Origin: Auanema rhodensis
Taxonomy: Eukaryota; Animalia; Nematoda
Direction of reading: 5' to 3'
Assembly: GCA_964057225.1 (NCBI GenBank)
Contig: OZ059898.1
Location: 62,001 to 126,000, forward strand
Length of the DNA stretch: 64,000 bases
Shown: positions 24,641-39,200 of the stretch, one piece after another
Layout of the letters: the number at the start of each line of letters is the position of its first letter
Numbering within the stretch: position 1 is the stretch's first letter
Made by a program: the position numbers and the translations under genes
Notes under the pieces: generated by a model
Told to the model about the DNA's origin: nothing
Seen by the model: only the letters and a program-made list of their open reading frames with translations
Databases searched by the model: none

Positions 24641-27600
24641 TTACATACCAAGTGCACATCACGTGTACATTTAATTAGCATAAATTAAAGTTCACGTAAA
24701 TTTCAAAGTCATGGTTACCATGAACCAATATCAATAAAAATTTGTTTTGAGACTAATATGGACATGGGGAATCTAATTTTGAAAACCGCATCTCTTTATC
24801 TTTCACGTGAAGCGAGTTACATACCAAGTGCACATCACGTGTACATTTAATTAGCATAAATTAAAGTTCACGTAAATTTCAAAGTCATGGTTACCATGAA
24901 GCAATATCAATAAAAATTTGTTTTTAGACTAATATGGACATGGGGAATCTAATTTTGAAAACCGCATCTCTTTATCTTTCACGTGAAGCGAGTTACATAC
25001 CAAGTGCACATCACGTGTACATTTAATTAGCATAAATTAAAGTTCACGTAAATTTCAAAGTCATGGTTACCATGAAGCAATATCAATAAAAATTTGTTTT
25101 TAGACTAATATGGACATGGGGAATCTAATTTTGAAAACCGCATCTCTTTATCTTTCACGTGAAGCGAGTTACATACCAAGTGCACATCACGTGTACATTT
25201 AATTAGCATAAATTAAAGTTCACGTAAATTTCAAAGTCATGGTTACCATGAAGCAATATCAATAAAAATTTGTTTTTAGACTAATATGGACAGGGGGAAT
25301 CTAATTTTGAAAACCGCATCTCTTTATCTTTCACGTGAAGCGAGTTACATACCAAGTGCACATCACGTGTACATTTAATTAGCATAAATTAAAGTTCACG
25401 TAAATTTCAAAGTCATGGTTACCATGAAGCAATATCAATAAAAATTTGTTTTTAGACTAATATGGACATGGGGAATCTAATTTTGAAAACCGCATCTCTT
25501 TATCTTTCACGTGAAGCGAGTTACATACCAAGTGCACATCACGTGTACATTTAATTAGCATAAATTAAAGTTCACGTAAATTTCAAAGTCATGGTTACCA
25601 TGAACCAATATCAATAAAAATTTGTTTTGAGACTAATATGGACATGGGGAATCTAATTTTGAAAACCGCATCTCTTTATCTTTCACGTGAAGCGAGTTAC
25701 ATACCAAGTGCACATCACGTGTACATTTAATTAGCATAAATTAAAGTTCACGTAAATTTCAAAGTCATGGTTACCATGCACCAATATCAATAAAAATTTG
25801 TTTTTAGACTAATATGGACATGGGGAATCTAATTTTGAAAACCGCATCTCTTTATCTTTCACGTGAAGCGAGTTACATACCAAGTGCACATCACGTGTAC
25901 ATTTAATTAGCATAAATTAAAGTTCACGTAAATTTCAAAGTCATGGTTACCATGAACCAATATCAATAAAAATTTGTTTTTAGACTAATATGGACATGGG
26001 GAATCTATTTTTGAAAACCGCATCTCTTTATCTTTCACGTGAAGCGAGTTACATACCAAGTGCACATCACGTGTACATTTAATTAGCATAAATTAAAGTT
26101 CACGTAAATTTCAAAGTCATGGTTACCATGAACCAATATCAATAAAAATTTGTTTTTAGACTAATATGGACATGGGGAATCTAATTTTGAAAACCGCATC
26201 TCTTTATCTTTCACGTGAAGCGAGTTACATAACAAGTGCACATCACGTGTACATTTAATTAGCATAAATTAAAGTTCACGTAAATTTCAAAGTCATGGTT
26301 ACCATGCACCAATATCAATAAAAATTTGTTTTTAGACTAATATGGACATGGGGAATCTAATTTTGAAAACCGCATCTCTTTATCTTTCACGTGAAGCGAG
26401 TTACATACCAAGTGCACATCACGTGTACATTTAATTAGCATAAATTAAAGTTCACGTAAATTTCAAAGTCATGGTTACCATGCACCAATATCAATAAAAA
26501 TTTGTTTTTAGACTAATATGGACATGGGGAATCTAATTTTGAAAACCGCATCTCTTTATCTTTCACGTGAAGCGAGTTACATACCAAGTGCACATCACGT
26601 GTACATTTAATTAGCATAAATTAAAGTTCACGTAAATTTCAAAGTCATGGTTACCATGAACCAATATCAATAAAAATTTGTTTTGAGACTAATATGGACA
26701 TGGGGAATCTAATTTTGAAAACCGCATCTCTTTATCTTTCACGTGAAGCGAGTTACATACCAAGTGCACATCACGTGTACATTTAATTAGCATAAATTAA
26801 AGTTCACGTAAATTTCAAAGTCATGGTTACCATGAAGCAATATCAATAAAAATTTGTTTTTAGACTAATATGGACATGGGGAATCTAATTTTGAAAACCG
26901 CATCTCTTTATCTTTCACGTGAAGCGAGTTACATACCAAGTGCACATCACGTGTACATTTAATTAGCATAAATTAAAGTTCACGTAAATTTCAAAGTCAT
27001 GGTTACCATGAAGCAATATCAATAAAAATTTGTTTTTAGACTAATATGGACAGGGGGAATCTAATTTTGAAAACCGCATCTCTTTATCTTTCACGTGAAG
27101 CGAGTTACATACCAAGTGCACATCACGTGTACATTTAATTAGCATAAATTAAAGTTCACGTAAATTTCAAAGTCATGGTTACCATGCACCAATATCAATA
27201 AAAATTTGTTTTTAGACTAATATGGACATGGGGAATCTAATTTTGAAAACCGCATCTCTTTATCTTTCACGTGAAGCGAGTTACATACCAAGTGCACATC
27301 ACGTGTACATTTAATTAGCATAAATTAAAGTTCACGTAAATTTCAAAGTCATGGTTACCATGAACCAATATCAATAAAAATTTGTTTTGAGACTAATATG
27401 GACATGGGGAATCTAATTTAGAAAACCGCATCTCTTTATCTTTCACGTGAAGCGAGTTACATACCAAGTGCACATCACGTGTACATTTAATTAGCATAAA
27501 TTAAAGTTCACGTAAATTTCAAAGTCATGGTTACCATGAAGCAATATCAATAAAAATTTGTTTTTAGACTAATATGGACATGGGGAATCTAATTTTGAAA

Positions 27601-30600
27601 ACCGCATCTCTTTATCTTTCACGTGAAGCGAGTTACATACCAAGTGCACATCACGTGTACATTTAATTAGCATAAATTAAAGTTCACGTAAATTTCAAAG
27701 TCATGGTTACCATGAACCAATATCAATAAAAATTTGTTTTGAGACTAATATGGACATGGGGAATCTAATTTAGAAAACCGCATCTCTTTATCTTTCACGT
27801 GAAGCGAGTTACATACCAAGTGCACATCACGTGTACATTTAATTAGCATAAATTAAAGTTCACGTAAATTTCAAAGTCATGGTTACCATGAAGCAATATC
27901 AATAAAAATTTGTTTTTAGACTAATATGGACATGGGGAATCTAATTTTGAAAACCGCATCTCTTTATCTTTCACGTGAAGCGAGTTACATACCAAGTGCA
28001 CATCACGTGTACATTTAATTAGCATAAATTAAAGTTCACGTAAATTTCAAAGTCATGGTTACCATGAACCAATATCAATAAAAATTTGTTTTGAGACTAA
28101 TATGGACATGGGGAATCTAATTTAGAAAACCGCATCTCTTTATCTTTCACGTGAAGCGAGTTACATACCAAGTGCACATCACGTGTACATTTAATTAGCA
28201 TAAATTAAAGTTCACGTAAATTTCAAAGTCATGGTTACCATGAAGCAATATCAATAAAAATTTGTTTTTAGACTAATATGGACATGGGGAATCTAATTTA
28301 GAAAACCGCATCTCTTTATCTTTCACGTGAAGCGAGTTACATACCAAGTGCACATCACGTGTACATTTAATTAGCATAAATTAAAGTTCACGTAAATTTC
28401 AAAGTCATGGTTACCATGAAGCAATATCAATAAAAATTTGTTTTTAGACTAATATGGACATGGGGAATCTAATTTAGAAAACCGCATCTCTTTATCTTTC
28501 ACGTGAAGCGAGTTACATACCAAGTGCACATCACGTGTACATTTAATTAGCATAAATTAAAGTTCACGTAAATTTCAAAGTCATGGTTACCATGAAGCAA
28601 TATCAATAAAAATTTGTTTTTAGACTAATATGGACATGGGGAATCTAATTTTGAAAACCGCATCTCTTTATCTTTCACGTGAAGCGAGTTACATACCAAG
28701 TGCACATCACGTGTACATTTAATTAGCATAAATTAAAGTTCACGTAAATTTCAAAGTCATGGTTACCATGAACCAATATCAATAAAAATTTGTTTTGAGA
28801 CTAATATGGACATGGGGAATCTAATTTAGAAAACCGCATCTCTTTATCTTTCACGTGAAGCGAGTTACATACCAAGTGCACATCACGTGTACATTTAATT
28901 AGCATAAATTAAAGTTCACGTAAATTTCAAAGTCATGGTTACCATGAAGCAATATCAATAAAAATTTGTTTTTAGACTAATATGGACATGGGGAATCTAA
29001 TTTAGAAAACCGCATCTCTTTATCTTTCACGTGAAGCGAGTTACATACCAAGTGCACATCACGTGTACATTTAATTAGCATAAATTAAAGTTCACGTAAA
29101 TTTCAAAGTCATGGTTACCATGAAGCAATATCAATAAAAATTTGTTTTTAGACTAATATGGACATGGGGAATCTAATTTAGAAAACCGCATCTCTTTATC
29201 TTTCACGTGAAGCGAGTTACATACCAAGTGCACATCACGTGTACATTTAATTAGCATAAATTAAAGTTCACGTAAATTTCAAAGTCATGGTTACCATGAA
29301 GCAATATCAATAAAAATTTGTTTTTAGACTAATATGGACATGGGGAATCTAATTTTGAAAACCGCATCTCTTTATCTTTCACGTGAAGCGAGTTACATAC
29401 CAAGTGCACATCACGTGTACATTTAATTAGCATAAATTAAAGTTCACGTAAATTTCAAAGTCATGGTTACCATGAACCAATATCAATAAAAATTTGTTTT
29501 GAGACTAATATGGACATGGGGAATCTAATTTAGAAAACCGCATCTCTTTATCTTTCACGTGAAGCGAGTTACATACCAAGTGCACATCACGTGTACATTT
29601 AATTAGCATAAATTAAAGTTCACGTAAATTTCAAAGTCATGGTTACCATGAAGCAATATCAATAAAAATTTGTTTTTAGACTAATATGGACATGGGGAAT
29701 CTAATTTTGAAAACCGCATCTCTTTATCTTTCACGTGAAGCGAGTTACATACCAAGTGCACATCACGTGTACATTTAATTAGCATAAATTAAAGTTCACG
29801 TAAATTTCAAAGTCATGGTTACCATGAACCAATATCAATAAAAATTTGTTTTGAGACTAATATGGACATGGGGAATCTAATTTAGAAAACCGCATCTCTT
29901 TATCTTTCACGTGAAGCGAGTTACATACCAAGTGCACATCACGTGTACATTTAATTAGCATAAATTAAAGTTCACGTAAATTTCAAAGTCATGGTTACCA
30001 TGAAGCAATATCAATAAAAATTTGTTTTTAGACTAATATGGACATGGGGAATCTAATTTTGAAAACCGCATCTCTTTATCTTTCACGTGAAGCGAGTTAC
30101 ATACCAAGTGCACATCACGTGTACATTTAATTAGCATAAATTAAAGTTCACGTAAATTTCAAAGTCATGGTTACCATGAAGCAATATCAATAAAAATTTG
30201 TTTTTAGACTAATATGGACATGGGGAATCTAATTTAGAAAACCGCATCTCTTTATCTTTCACGTGAAGCGAGTTACATACCAAGTGCACATCACGTGTAC
30301 ATTTAATTAGCATAAATTAAAGTTCACGTAAATTTCAAAGTCATGGTTACCATGAAGCAATATCAATAAAAATTTGTTTTTAGACTAATATGGACATGGG
30401 GAATCTAATTTAGAAAACCGCATCTCTTTATCTTTCACGTGAAGCGAGTTACATACCAAGTGCACATCACGTGTACATTTAATTAGCATAAATTAAAGTT
30501 CACGTAAATTTCAAAGTCATGGTTACCATGAAGCAATATCAATAAAAATTTGTTTTTAGACTAATATGGACATGGGGAATCTAATTTTGAAAACCGCATC

Positions 30601-33264
30601 TCTTTATCTTTCACGTGAAGCGAGTTACATACCAAGTGCACATCACGTGTACATTTAATTAGCATAAATTAAAGTTCACGTAAATTTCAAAGTCATGGTT
30701 ACCATGAACCAATATCAATAAAAATTTGTTTTGAGACTAATATGGACATGGGGAATCTAATTTTGAAAACCGCATCTCTTTATCTTTCACGTGAAGCGAG
30801 TTACATACCAAGTGCACATCACGTGTACATTTAATTAGCATAAATTAAAGTTCACGTAAATTTCAAAGTCATGGTTACCATGAAGCAATATCAATAAAAA
30901 TTTGTTTTTAGACTAATATGGACATGGGGAATCTAATTTTGAAAACCGCATCTCTTTATCTTTCACGTGAAGCGAGTTACATACCAAGTGCACATCACGT
31001 GTACATTTAATTAGCATAAATTAAAGTTCACGTAAATTTCAAAGTCATGGTTACCATGAAGCAATATCAATAAAAATTTGTTTTTAGACTAATATGGACA
31101 TGGGGAATCTAATTTTGAAAACCGCATCTCTTTATCTTTCACGTGAAGCGAGTTACATACCAAGTGCACATCACGTGTACATTTAATTAGCATAAATTAA
31201 AGTTCACGTAAATTTCAAAGTCATGGTTACCATGAAGCAATATCAATAAAAATTTGTTTTTAGACTAATATGGACAGGGGGAATCTAATTTTGAAAACCG
31301 CATCTCTTTATCTTTCACGTGAAGCGAGTTACATACCAAGTGCACATCACGTGTACATTTAATTAGCATAAATTAAAGTTCACGTAAATTTCAAAGTCAT
31401 GGTTACCATGAAGCAATATCAATAAAAATTTGTTTTTAGACTAATATGGACATGGGGAATCTAATTTTGAAAACCGCATCTCTTTATCTTTCACGTGAAG
31501 CGAGTTACATACCAAGTGCACATCACGTGTACATTTAATTAGCATAAATTAAAGTTCACGTAAATTTCAAAGTCATGGTTACCATGAACCAATATCAATA
31601 AAAATTTGTTTTGAGACTAATATGGACATGGGGAATCTAATTTTGAAAACCGCATCTCTTTATCTTTCACGTGAAGCGAGTTACATACCAAGTGCACATC
31701 ACGTGTACATTTAATTAGCATAAATTAAAGTTCACGTAAATTTCAAAGTCATGGTTACCATGCACCAATATCAATAAAAATTTGTTTTTAGACTAATATG
31801 GACATGGGGAATCTAATTTTGAAAACCGCATCTCTTTATCTTTCACGTGAAGCGAGTTACATACCAAGTGCACATCACGTGTACATTTAATTAGCATAAA
31901 TTAAAGTTCACGTAAATTTCAAAGTCATGGTTACCATGAACCAATATCAATAAAAATTTGTTTTTAGACTAATATGGACATGGGGAATCTATTTTTGAAA
32001 ACCGCATCTCTTTATCTTTCACGTGAAGCGAGTTACATACCAAGTGCACATCACGTGTACATTTAATTAGCATAAATTAAAGTTCACGTAAATTTCAAAG
32101 TCATGGTTACCATGAACCAATATCAATAAAAATTTGTTTTTAGACTAATATGGACATGGGGAATCTAATTTTGAAAACCGCATCTCTTTATCTTTCACGT
32201 GAAGCGAGTTACATAACAAGTGCACATCACGTGTACATTTAATTAGCATAAATTAAAGTTCACGTAAATTTCAAAGTCATGGTTACCATGCACCAATATC
32301 AATAAAAATTTGTTTTTAGACTAATATGGACATGGGGAATCTAATTTTGAAAACCGCATCTCTTTATCTTTCACGTGAAGCGAGTTACATACCAAGTGCA
32401 CATCACGTGTACATTTAATTAGCATAAATTAAAGTTCACGTAAATTTCAAAGTCATGGTTACCATGCACCAATATCAATAAAAATTTGTTTTTAGACTAA
32501 TATGGACATGGGGAATCTAATTTTGAAAACCGCATCTCTTTATCTTTCACGTGAAGCGAGTTACATACCAAGTGCACATCACGTGTACATTTAATTAGCA
32601 TAAATTAAAGTTCACGTAAATTTCAAAGTCATGGTTACCATGAACCAATATCAATAAAAATTTGTTTTGAGACTAATATGGACATGGGGAATCTAATTTT
32701 GAAAACCGCATCTCTTTATCTTTCACGTGAAGCGAGTTACATACCAAGTGCACATCACGTGTACATTTAATTAGCATAAATTAAAGTTCACGTAAATTTC
32801 AAAGTCATGGTTACCATGAAGCAATATCAATAAAAATTTGTTTTTAGACTAATATGGACATGGGGAATCTAATTTTGAAAACCGCATCTCTTTATCTTTC
32901 ACGTGAAGCGAGTTACATACCAAGTGCACATCACGTGTACATTTAATTAGCATAAATTAAAGTTCACGTAAATTTCAAAGTCATGGTTACCATGAAGCAA
33001 TATCAATAAAAATTTGTTTTTAGACTAATATGGACAGGGGGAATCTAATTTTGAAAACCGCATCTCTTTATCTTTCACGTGAAGCGAGTTACATACCAAG
33101 TGCACATCACGTGTACATTTAATTAGCATAAATTAAAGTTCACGTAAATTTCAAAGTCCTGGTTACCATGCACCAATATCAATAAAAATTTGTTTTTAGA
33201 CTAATATGGACATGGGGAATCTAATTTTGAAAACCGCATCTCTTTATCTTTCACGTGAAGCGAG
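24641..33264. repeat. Two copies of a 15-mer (24641-27280 and 30625-33264) flanking a 19-monomer T140A-rich expansion
   Basis: Class and variant order of monomers 141-155 matches 175-189 (offset 5984 bp). Confidence 0.85.
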
Positions 33265-36200
33265 TTACATACCAAGTGCACATCACGTGTACATTTAATT
33301 AGCATAAATTAAAGTTCACGTAAATTTCAAAGTCATGGTTACCATGAACCAATATCAATAAAAATTTGTTTTTAGACTAATATGGACATGGGGAATCTAA
33401 TTTAGAAAACCGCATCTCTTTATCTTTCACGTGAAGCGAGTTACATACCAAGTGCACATCACGTGTACATTTAATTAGCATAAATTAAAGTTCACGTAAA
33501 TTTCAAAGTCATGGTTACCATGAACCAATATCAATAAAAATTTGTTTTTAGACTAATATGGACATGGGGAATCTAATTTTGAAAACCGCATCTCTTCTTC
33601 TTTCACGTGAAGCGAGTTACATACCAAGTGCACATCACGTGTACATTTAATTAGCATAAATTAAAGTTCACGTAAATTTCAAAGTCATGGTTACCATGAA
33701 CCAATATCAATAAAAATTTGTTTTTAGACTAATATGGACATGGGGAATCTAATTTAGAAAACCGCATCTCTTTATCTTTCACGTGAAGCGAGTTACATAC
33801 CAAGTGCACATCACGTGTACATTTAATTAGCATAAATTAAATTTCACGTAAATTTCAAAGTCATGGTTACCATGCACCAATATCAATAAAAATTTGTTTT
33901 TAGACTAATATGGACATGGGGAATCTAATTTTGAAAACCGCATCTCTTTATCTTTCACGTGAAGCGAGTTACATACCAAGTGCACATCACGTGTACATTT
34001 AATTAGCATAAATTAAAGTTCACGTAAATTTCAAAGTCATGGTTACCATGAACCAATATCAATAAAAATTTGTTTTTAGACTAATATGGACATGGGGAAT
34101 CTAATTTTGAAAACCGCATTTCTTTATCTTTCACGTGAAGCGAGTTACATACCAAGTGCACATCACGTGTACATTTAATTAGCATAAATTAAAGTTCACG
34201 TAAAATTCAAAGTCATGGTTACCATGAACCAATATCAATAAAAATTTGTTTTTAGACTAATATGGACATGGGGAATCTAATTTTGAAAACCGCATCTCTT
34301 TATCTTTCACGTGAAGCGAGTTACATACCAAGTGCACATCACGTGTACATTTAATTAGCATAAATTAAAGTTCACGTAAATTTCAAAGTCATGGTTACCA
34401 TGAACCAATATCAATAAAAATTTGTTTTTAGACTAATATGGACATGGGGAATCTAATTTTGAAAACCGCATCTCTTTATCTTTCACGTGAAGCGAGTTAC
34501 ATAACAAGTGCACATCACGTGTACATTTAATTAGCATAAATTAAAGTTCACGTAAATTTCAAAGTCATGGTTACCATGCACCAATATCAATAAAAATTTG
34601 TTTTTAGACTAATATGGACATGGGGAATCTAATTTTGAAAACCGCATCTCTTTATCTTTCACGTGAAGCGAGTTACATACCAAGTGCACATCACGTGTAC
34701 ATTTAATTAGCATAAATTAAAGTTCACGTAAATTTCAAAGTCATGGTTACCATGCACCAATATCAATAAAAATTTGTTTTTAGACTAATATGGACATGGG
34801 GAATCTAATTTTGAAAACCGCATCTCTTTATCTTTCACGTGAAGCGAGTTACATACCAAGTGCACATCACGTGTACATTTAATTAGCAAAAATTAAAGTT
34901 CACGTAAATTTCAAAGTCATGGTTACCATGAACCAATATCAATAAAAATTTGTTTTGAGACTAATATGGACATGGGGAATCTAATTTTGAAAACCGCATC
35001 TCTTTATCTTTCACGTGAAGCGAGTTACATACCAAGTGCACATCACGTGTACATTTAATTAGCATAAATTAAAGTTCACGTAAATTTCAAAGTCATGGTT
35101 ACCATGAAGCAATATCAATAAAAATTTGTTTTTAGACTAATATGGACATGGGGAATCTAATTTTGAAAACCGCATCTCTTTATCTTTCACGTGAAGCGAG
35201 TTACATACCAAGTGCACATCACGTGTACATTTAATTAGCATAAATTAAAGTTCACGTAAAATTCAAAGTCATGGTTACCATGAACCAATATCAATAAAAA
35301 TTTGTTTTTAGACTAATATGGACATGGGGAATCTAATTTTGAAAACCGCATCTCTTTATCTTTCACGTGAAGCGAGTTACATACCAAGTGCACATCACGT
35401 GTACATTTAATTAGCATAAATTAAAGTTCACGTAAATTTCAAAGTCATGGTTACCATGAACCAATATCAATAAAAATTTGTTTTTAGACTAATATGGACT
35501 AGGGGAATCTAATTTTGAAAACCGCATCTCTTTATCTTTCACGTGAAGCGAGTTACATACCAAGTGCACATCACGTGTACATTTAATTAGCATAAATTAA
35601 AGTTCACGTAAATTTCAAAGTCATGGTTACCATGCACCAATATCAATAAAAATTTGTTTTTAGACTAATATGGACATGGGGAATCTAATTTTGAAAACCG
35701 CATCTCTTTATCTTTCACGTGAAGCGAGTTACATACCAAGTGCACATCACGTGTACATTTAATTAGCATAAATTAAAGTTCACGTAAATTTCAAAGTCAT
35801 GGTTACCATGCACCAATATCAATAAAAATTTGTTTTTAGACTAATATGGACATGGGGAATCTAATTTTGAAAACCGCATCTCTTTATCTTTCACGTGAAG
35901 CGAGTTACATACCAAGTGCACATCACGTGTACATTTAATTAGCATAAATTAAAGTTCACGTAAATTTCAAAGTCATGGTTACCATGCACCAATATCAATA
36001 AAAATTTGTTTTTAGACTAATATGGACATGGGGAATCTAATTTTGAAAACCGCATCTCTTTATCTTTCACGTGAAGCGAGTTACATACCAAGTGCACATC
36101 ACGTGTACATTTAATTAGCATAAATTAAAGTTCACGTAAATTTCAAAGTCATGGTTACCATGAAGCAATATCAATAAAAATTTGTTTTTAGACTAATATG

Positions 36201-39200
36201 GACATGGGGAATCTAATTTTGAAAACCGCATCTCTTTATCTTTCACGTGAAGCGAGTTACATACCAAGTGCACATCACGCGTACATTTAATTAGCATAAA
36301 TTAAAGTTCACGTAAATTTCAAAGTCATGGTTACCATGAAGCAATATCAATAAAAATTTGTTTTTAGACTAATATGGACAGGGGGAATCTAATTTTGAAA
36401 ACCGCATCTCTTTATCTTTCACGTGAAGCGAGTTACATACCAAGTGCACATCACGTGTACATTTAATTAGCATAAATTAAAGTTCACGTAAATTTCAAAG
36501 TCATGGTTACCATGAAGCAATATCAATAAAAATTTGTTTTTAGACTAATATGGACATGGGGAATCTAATTTTGAAAACCGCATCTCTTTATCTTTCACGT
36601 GAAGCGAGTTACATACCAAGTGCACATCACGTGTACATTTAATTAGCATAAATTAAAGTTCACGTAAATTTCAAAGTCATGGTTACCATGAACCAATATC
36701 AATAAAAATTTGTTTTGAGACTAATATGGACATGGGGAATCTAATTTTGAAAACCGCATCTCTTTATCTTTCACGTGAAGCGAGTTACATACCAAGTGCA
36801 CATCACGTGTACATTTAATTAGCATAAATTAAAGTTCACGTAAATTTCAAAGTCATGGTTACCATGCACCAATATCAATAAAAATTTGTTTTTAGACTAA
36901 TATGGACATGGGGAATCTAATTTTGAAAACCGCATCTCTTTATCTTTCACGTGAAGCGAGTTACATACCAAGTGCACATCACGTGTACATTTAATTAGCA
37001 TAAATTAAAGTTCACGTAAATTTCAAAGTCATGGTTACCATGAAGCAATATCAATAAAAATTTGTTTTTAGACTAATATGGACAGGGGGAATCTAATTTT
37101 GAAAACCGCATCTCTTTATCTTTCACGTGAAGCGAGTTACATACCAAGTGCACATCACGTGTACATTTAATTAGCATAAATTAAAGTTCACGTAAATTTC
37201 AAAGTCATGGTTACCATGAAGCAATATCAATAAAAATTTGTTTTTAGACTAATATGGACATGGGGAATCTAATTTTGAAAACCGCATCTCTTTATCTTTC
37301 ACGTGAAGCGAGTTACATACCAAGTGCACATCACGTGTACATTTAATTAGCATAAATTAAAGTTCACGTAAATTTCAAAGTCATGGTTACCATGAACCAA
37401 TATCAATAAAAATTTGTTTTGAGACTAATATGGACATGGGGAATCTAATTTTGAAAACCGCATCTCTTTATCTTTCACGTGAAGCGAGTTACATACCAAG
37501 TGCACATCACGTGTACATTTAATTAGCATAAATTAAAGTTCACGTAAATTTCAAAGTCATGGTTACCATGAACCAATATCAATAAAAATTTGTTTTGAGA
37601 CTAATATGGACATGGGGAATCTAATTTTGAAAACCGCATCTCTTTATCTTTCACGTGAAGCGAGTTACATACCAAGTGCACATCACGTGTACATTTAATT
37701 AGCATAAATTAAAGTTCACGTAAATTTCAAAGTCATGGTTACCATGCACCAATATCAATAAAAATTTGTTTTTAGACTAATATGGACATGGGGAATCTAA
37801 TTTTGAAAACCGCATCTCTTTATCTTTCACGTGAAGCGAGTTACATACCAAGTGCACATCACGTGTACATTTAATTAGCATAAATTAAAGTTCACGTAAA
37901 TTTCAAAGTCATGGTTACCATGAACCAATATCAATAAAAATTTGTTTTGAGACTAATATGGACATGGGGAATCTAATTTTGAAAACCGCATCTCTTTATC
38001 TTTCACGTGAAGCGAGTTACATACCAAGTGCACATCACGTGTACATTTAATTAGCATAAATTAAAGTTCACGTAAATTTCAAAGTCATGGTTACCATGCA
38101 CCAATATCAATAAAAATTTGTTTTTAGACTAATATGGACATGGGGAATCTAATTTTGAAAACCGCATCTCTTTATCTTTCACGTGAAGCGAGTTACATAC
38201 CAAGTGCACATCACGTGTACATTTAATTAGCATAAATTAAAGTTCACGTAAATTTCAAAGTCATGGTTACCATGAACCAATATCAATAAAAATTTGTTTT
38301 TAGACTAATATGGACATGGGGAATCTATTTTTGAAAACCGCATCTCTTTATCTTTCACGTGAAGCGAGTTACATACCAAGTGCACATCACGTGTACATTT
38401 AATTAGCATAAATTAAAGTTCACGTAAATTTCAAAGTCATGGTTACCATGAACCAATATCAATAAAAATTTGTTTTTAGACTAATATGGACATGGGGAAT
38501 CTAATTTTGAAAACCGCATCTCTTTATCTTTCACGTGAAGCGAGTTACATAACAAGTGCACATCACGTGTACATTTAATTAGCATAAATTAAAGTTCACG
38601 TAAATTTCAAAGTCATGGTTACCATGCACCAATATCAATAAAAATTTGTTTTTAGACTAATATGGACATGGGGAATCTAATTTTGAAAACCGCATCTCTT
38701 TATCTTTCACGTGAAGCGAGTTACATACCAAGTGCACATCACGTGTACATTTAATTAGCATAAATTAAAGTTCACGTAAATTTCAAAGTCATGGTTACCA
38801 TGCACCAATATCAATAAAAATTTGTTTTTAGACTAATATGGACATGGGGAATCTAATTTTGAAAACCGCATCTCTTTATCTTTCACGTGAAGCGAGTTAC
38901 ATACCAAGTGCACATCACGTGTACATTTAATTAGCATAAATTAAAGTTCACGTAAATTTCAAAGTCATGGTTACCATGAACCAATATCAATAAAAATTTG
39001 TTTTGAGACTAATATGGACATGGGGAATCTAATTTTGAAAACCGCATCTCTTTATCTTTCACGTGAAGCGAGTTACATACCAAGTGCTCATCACGTGTAC
39101 ATTTAATTAGCATAAATTAAAGTTCACGTAAATTTCAAAGTCATGGTTACCATGAAGCAATATCAATAAAAATTTGTTTTTAGACTAATATGGACATGGG

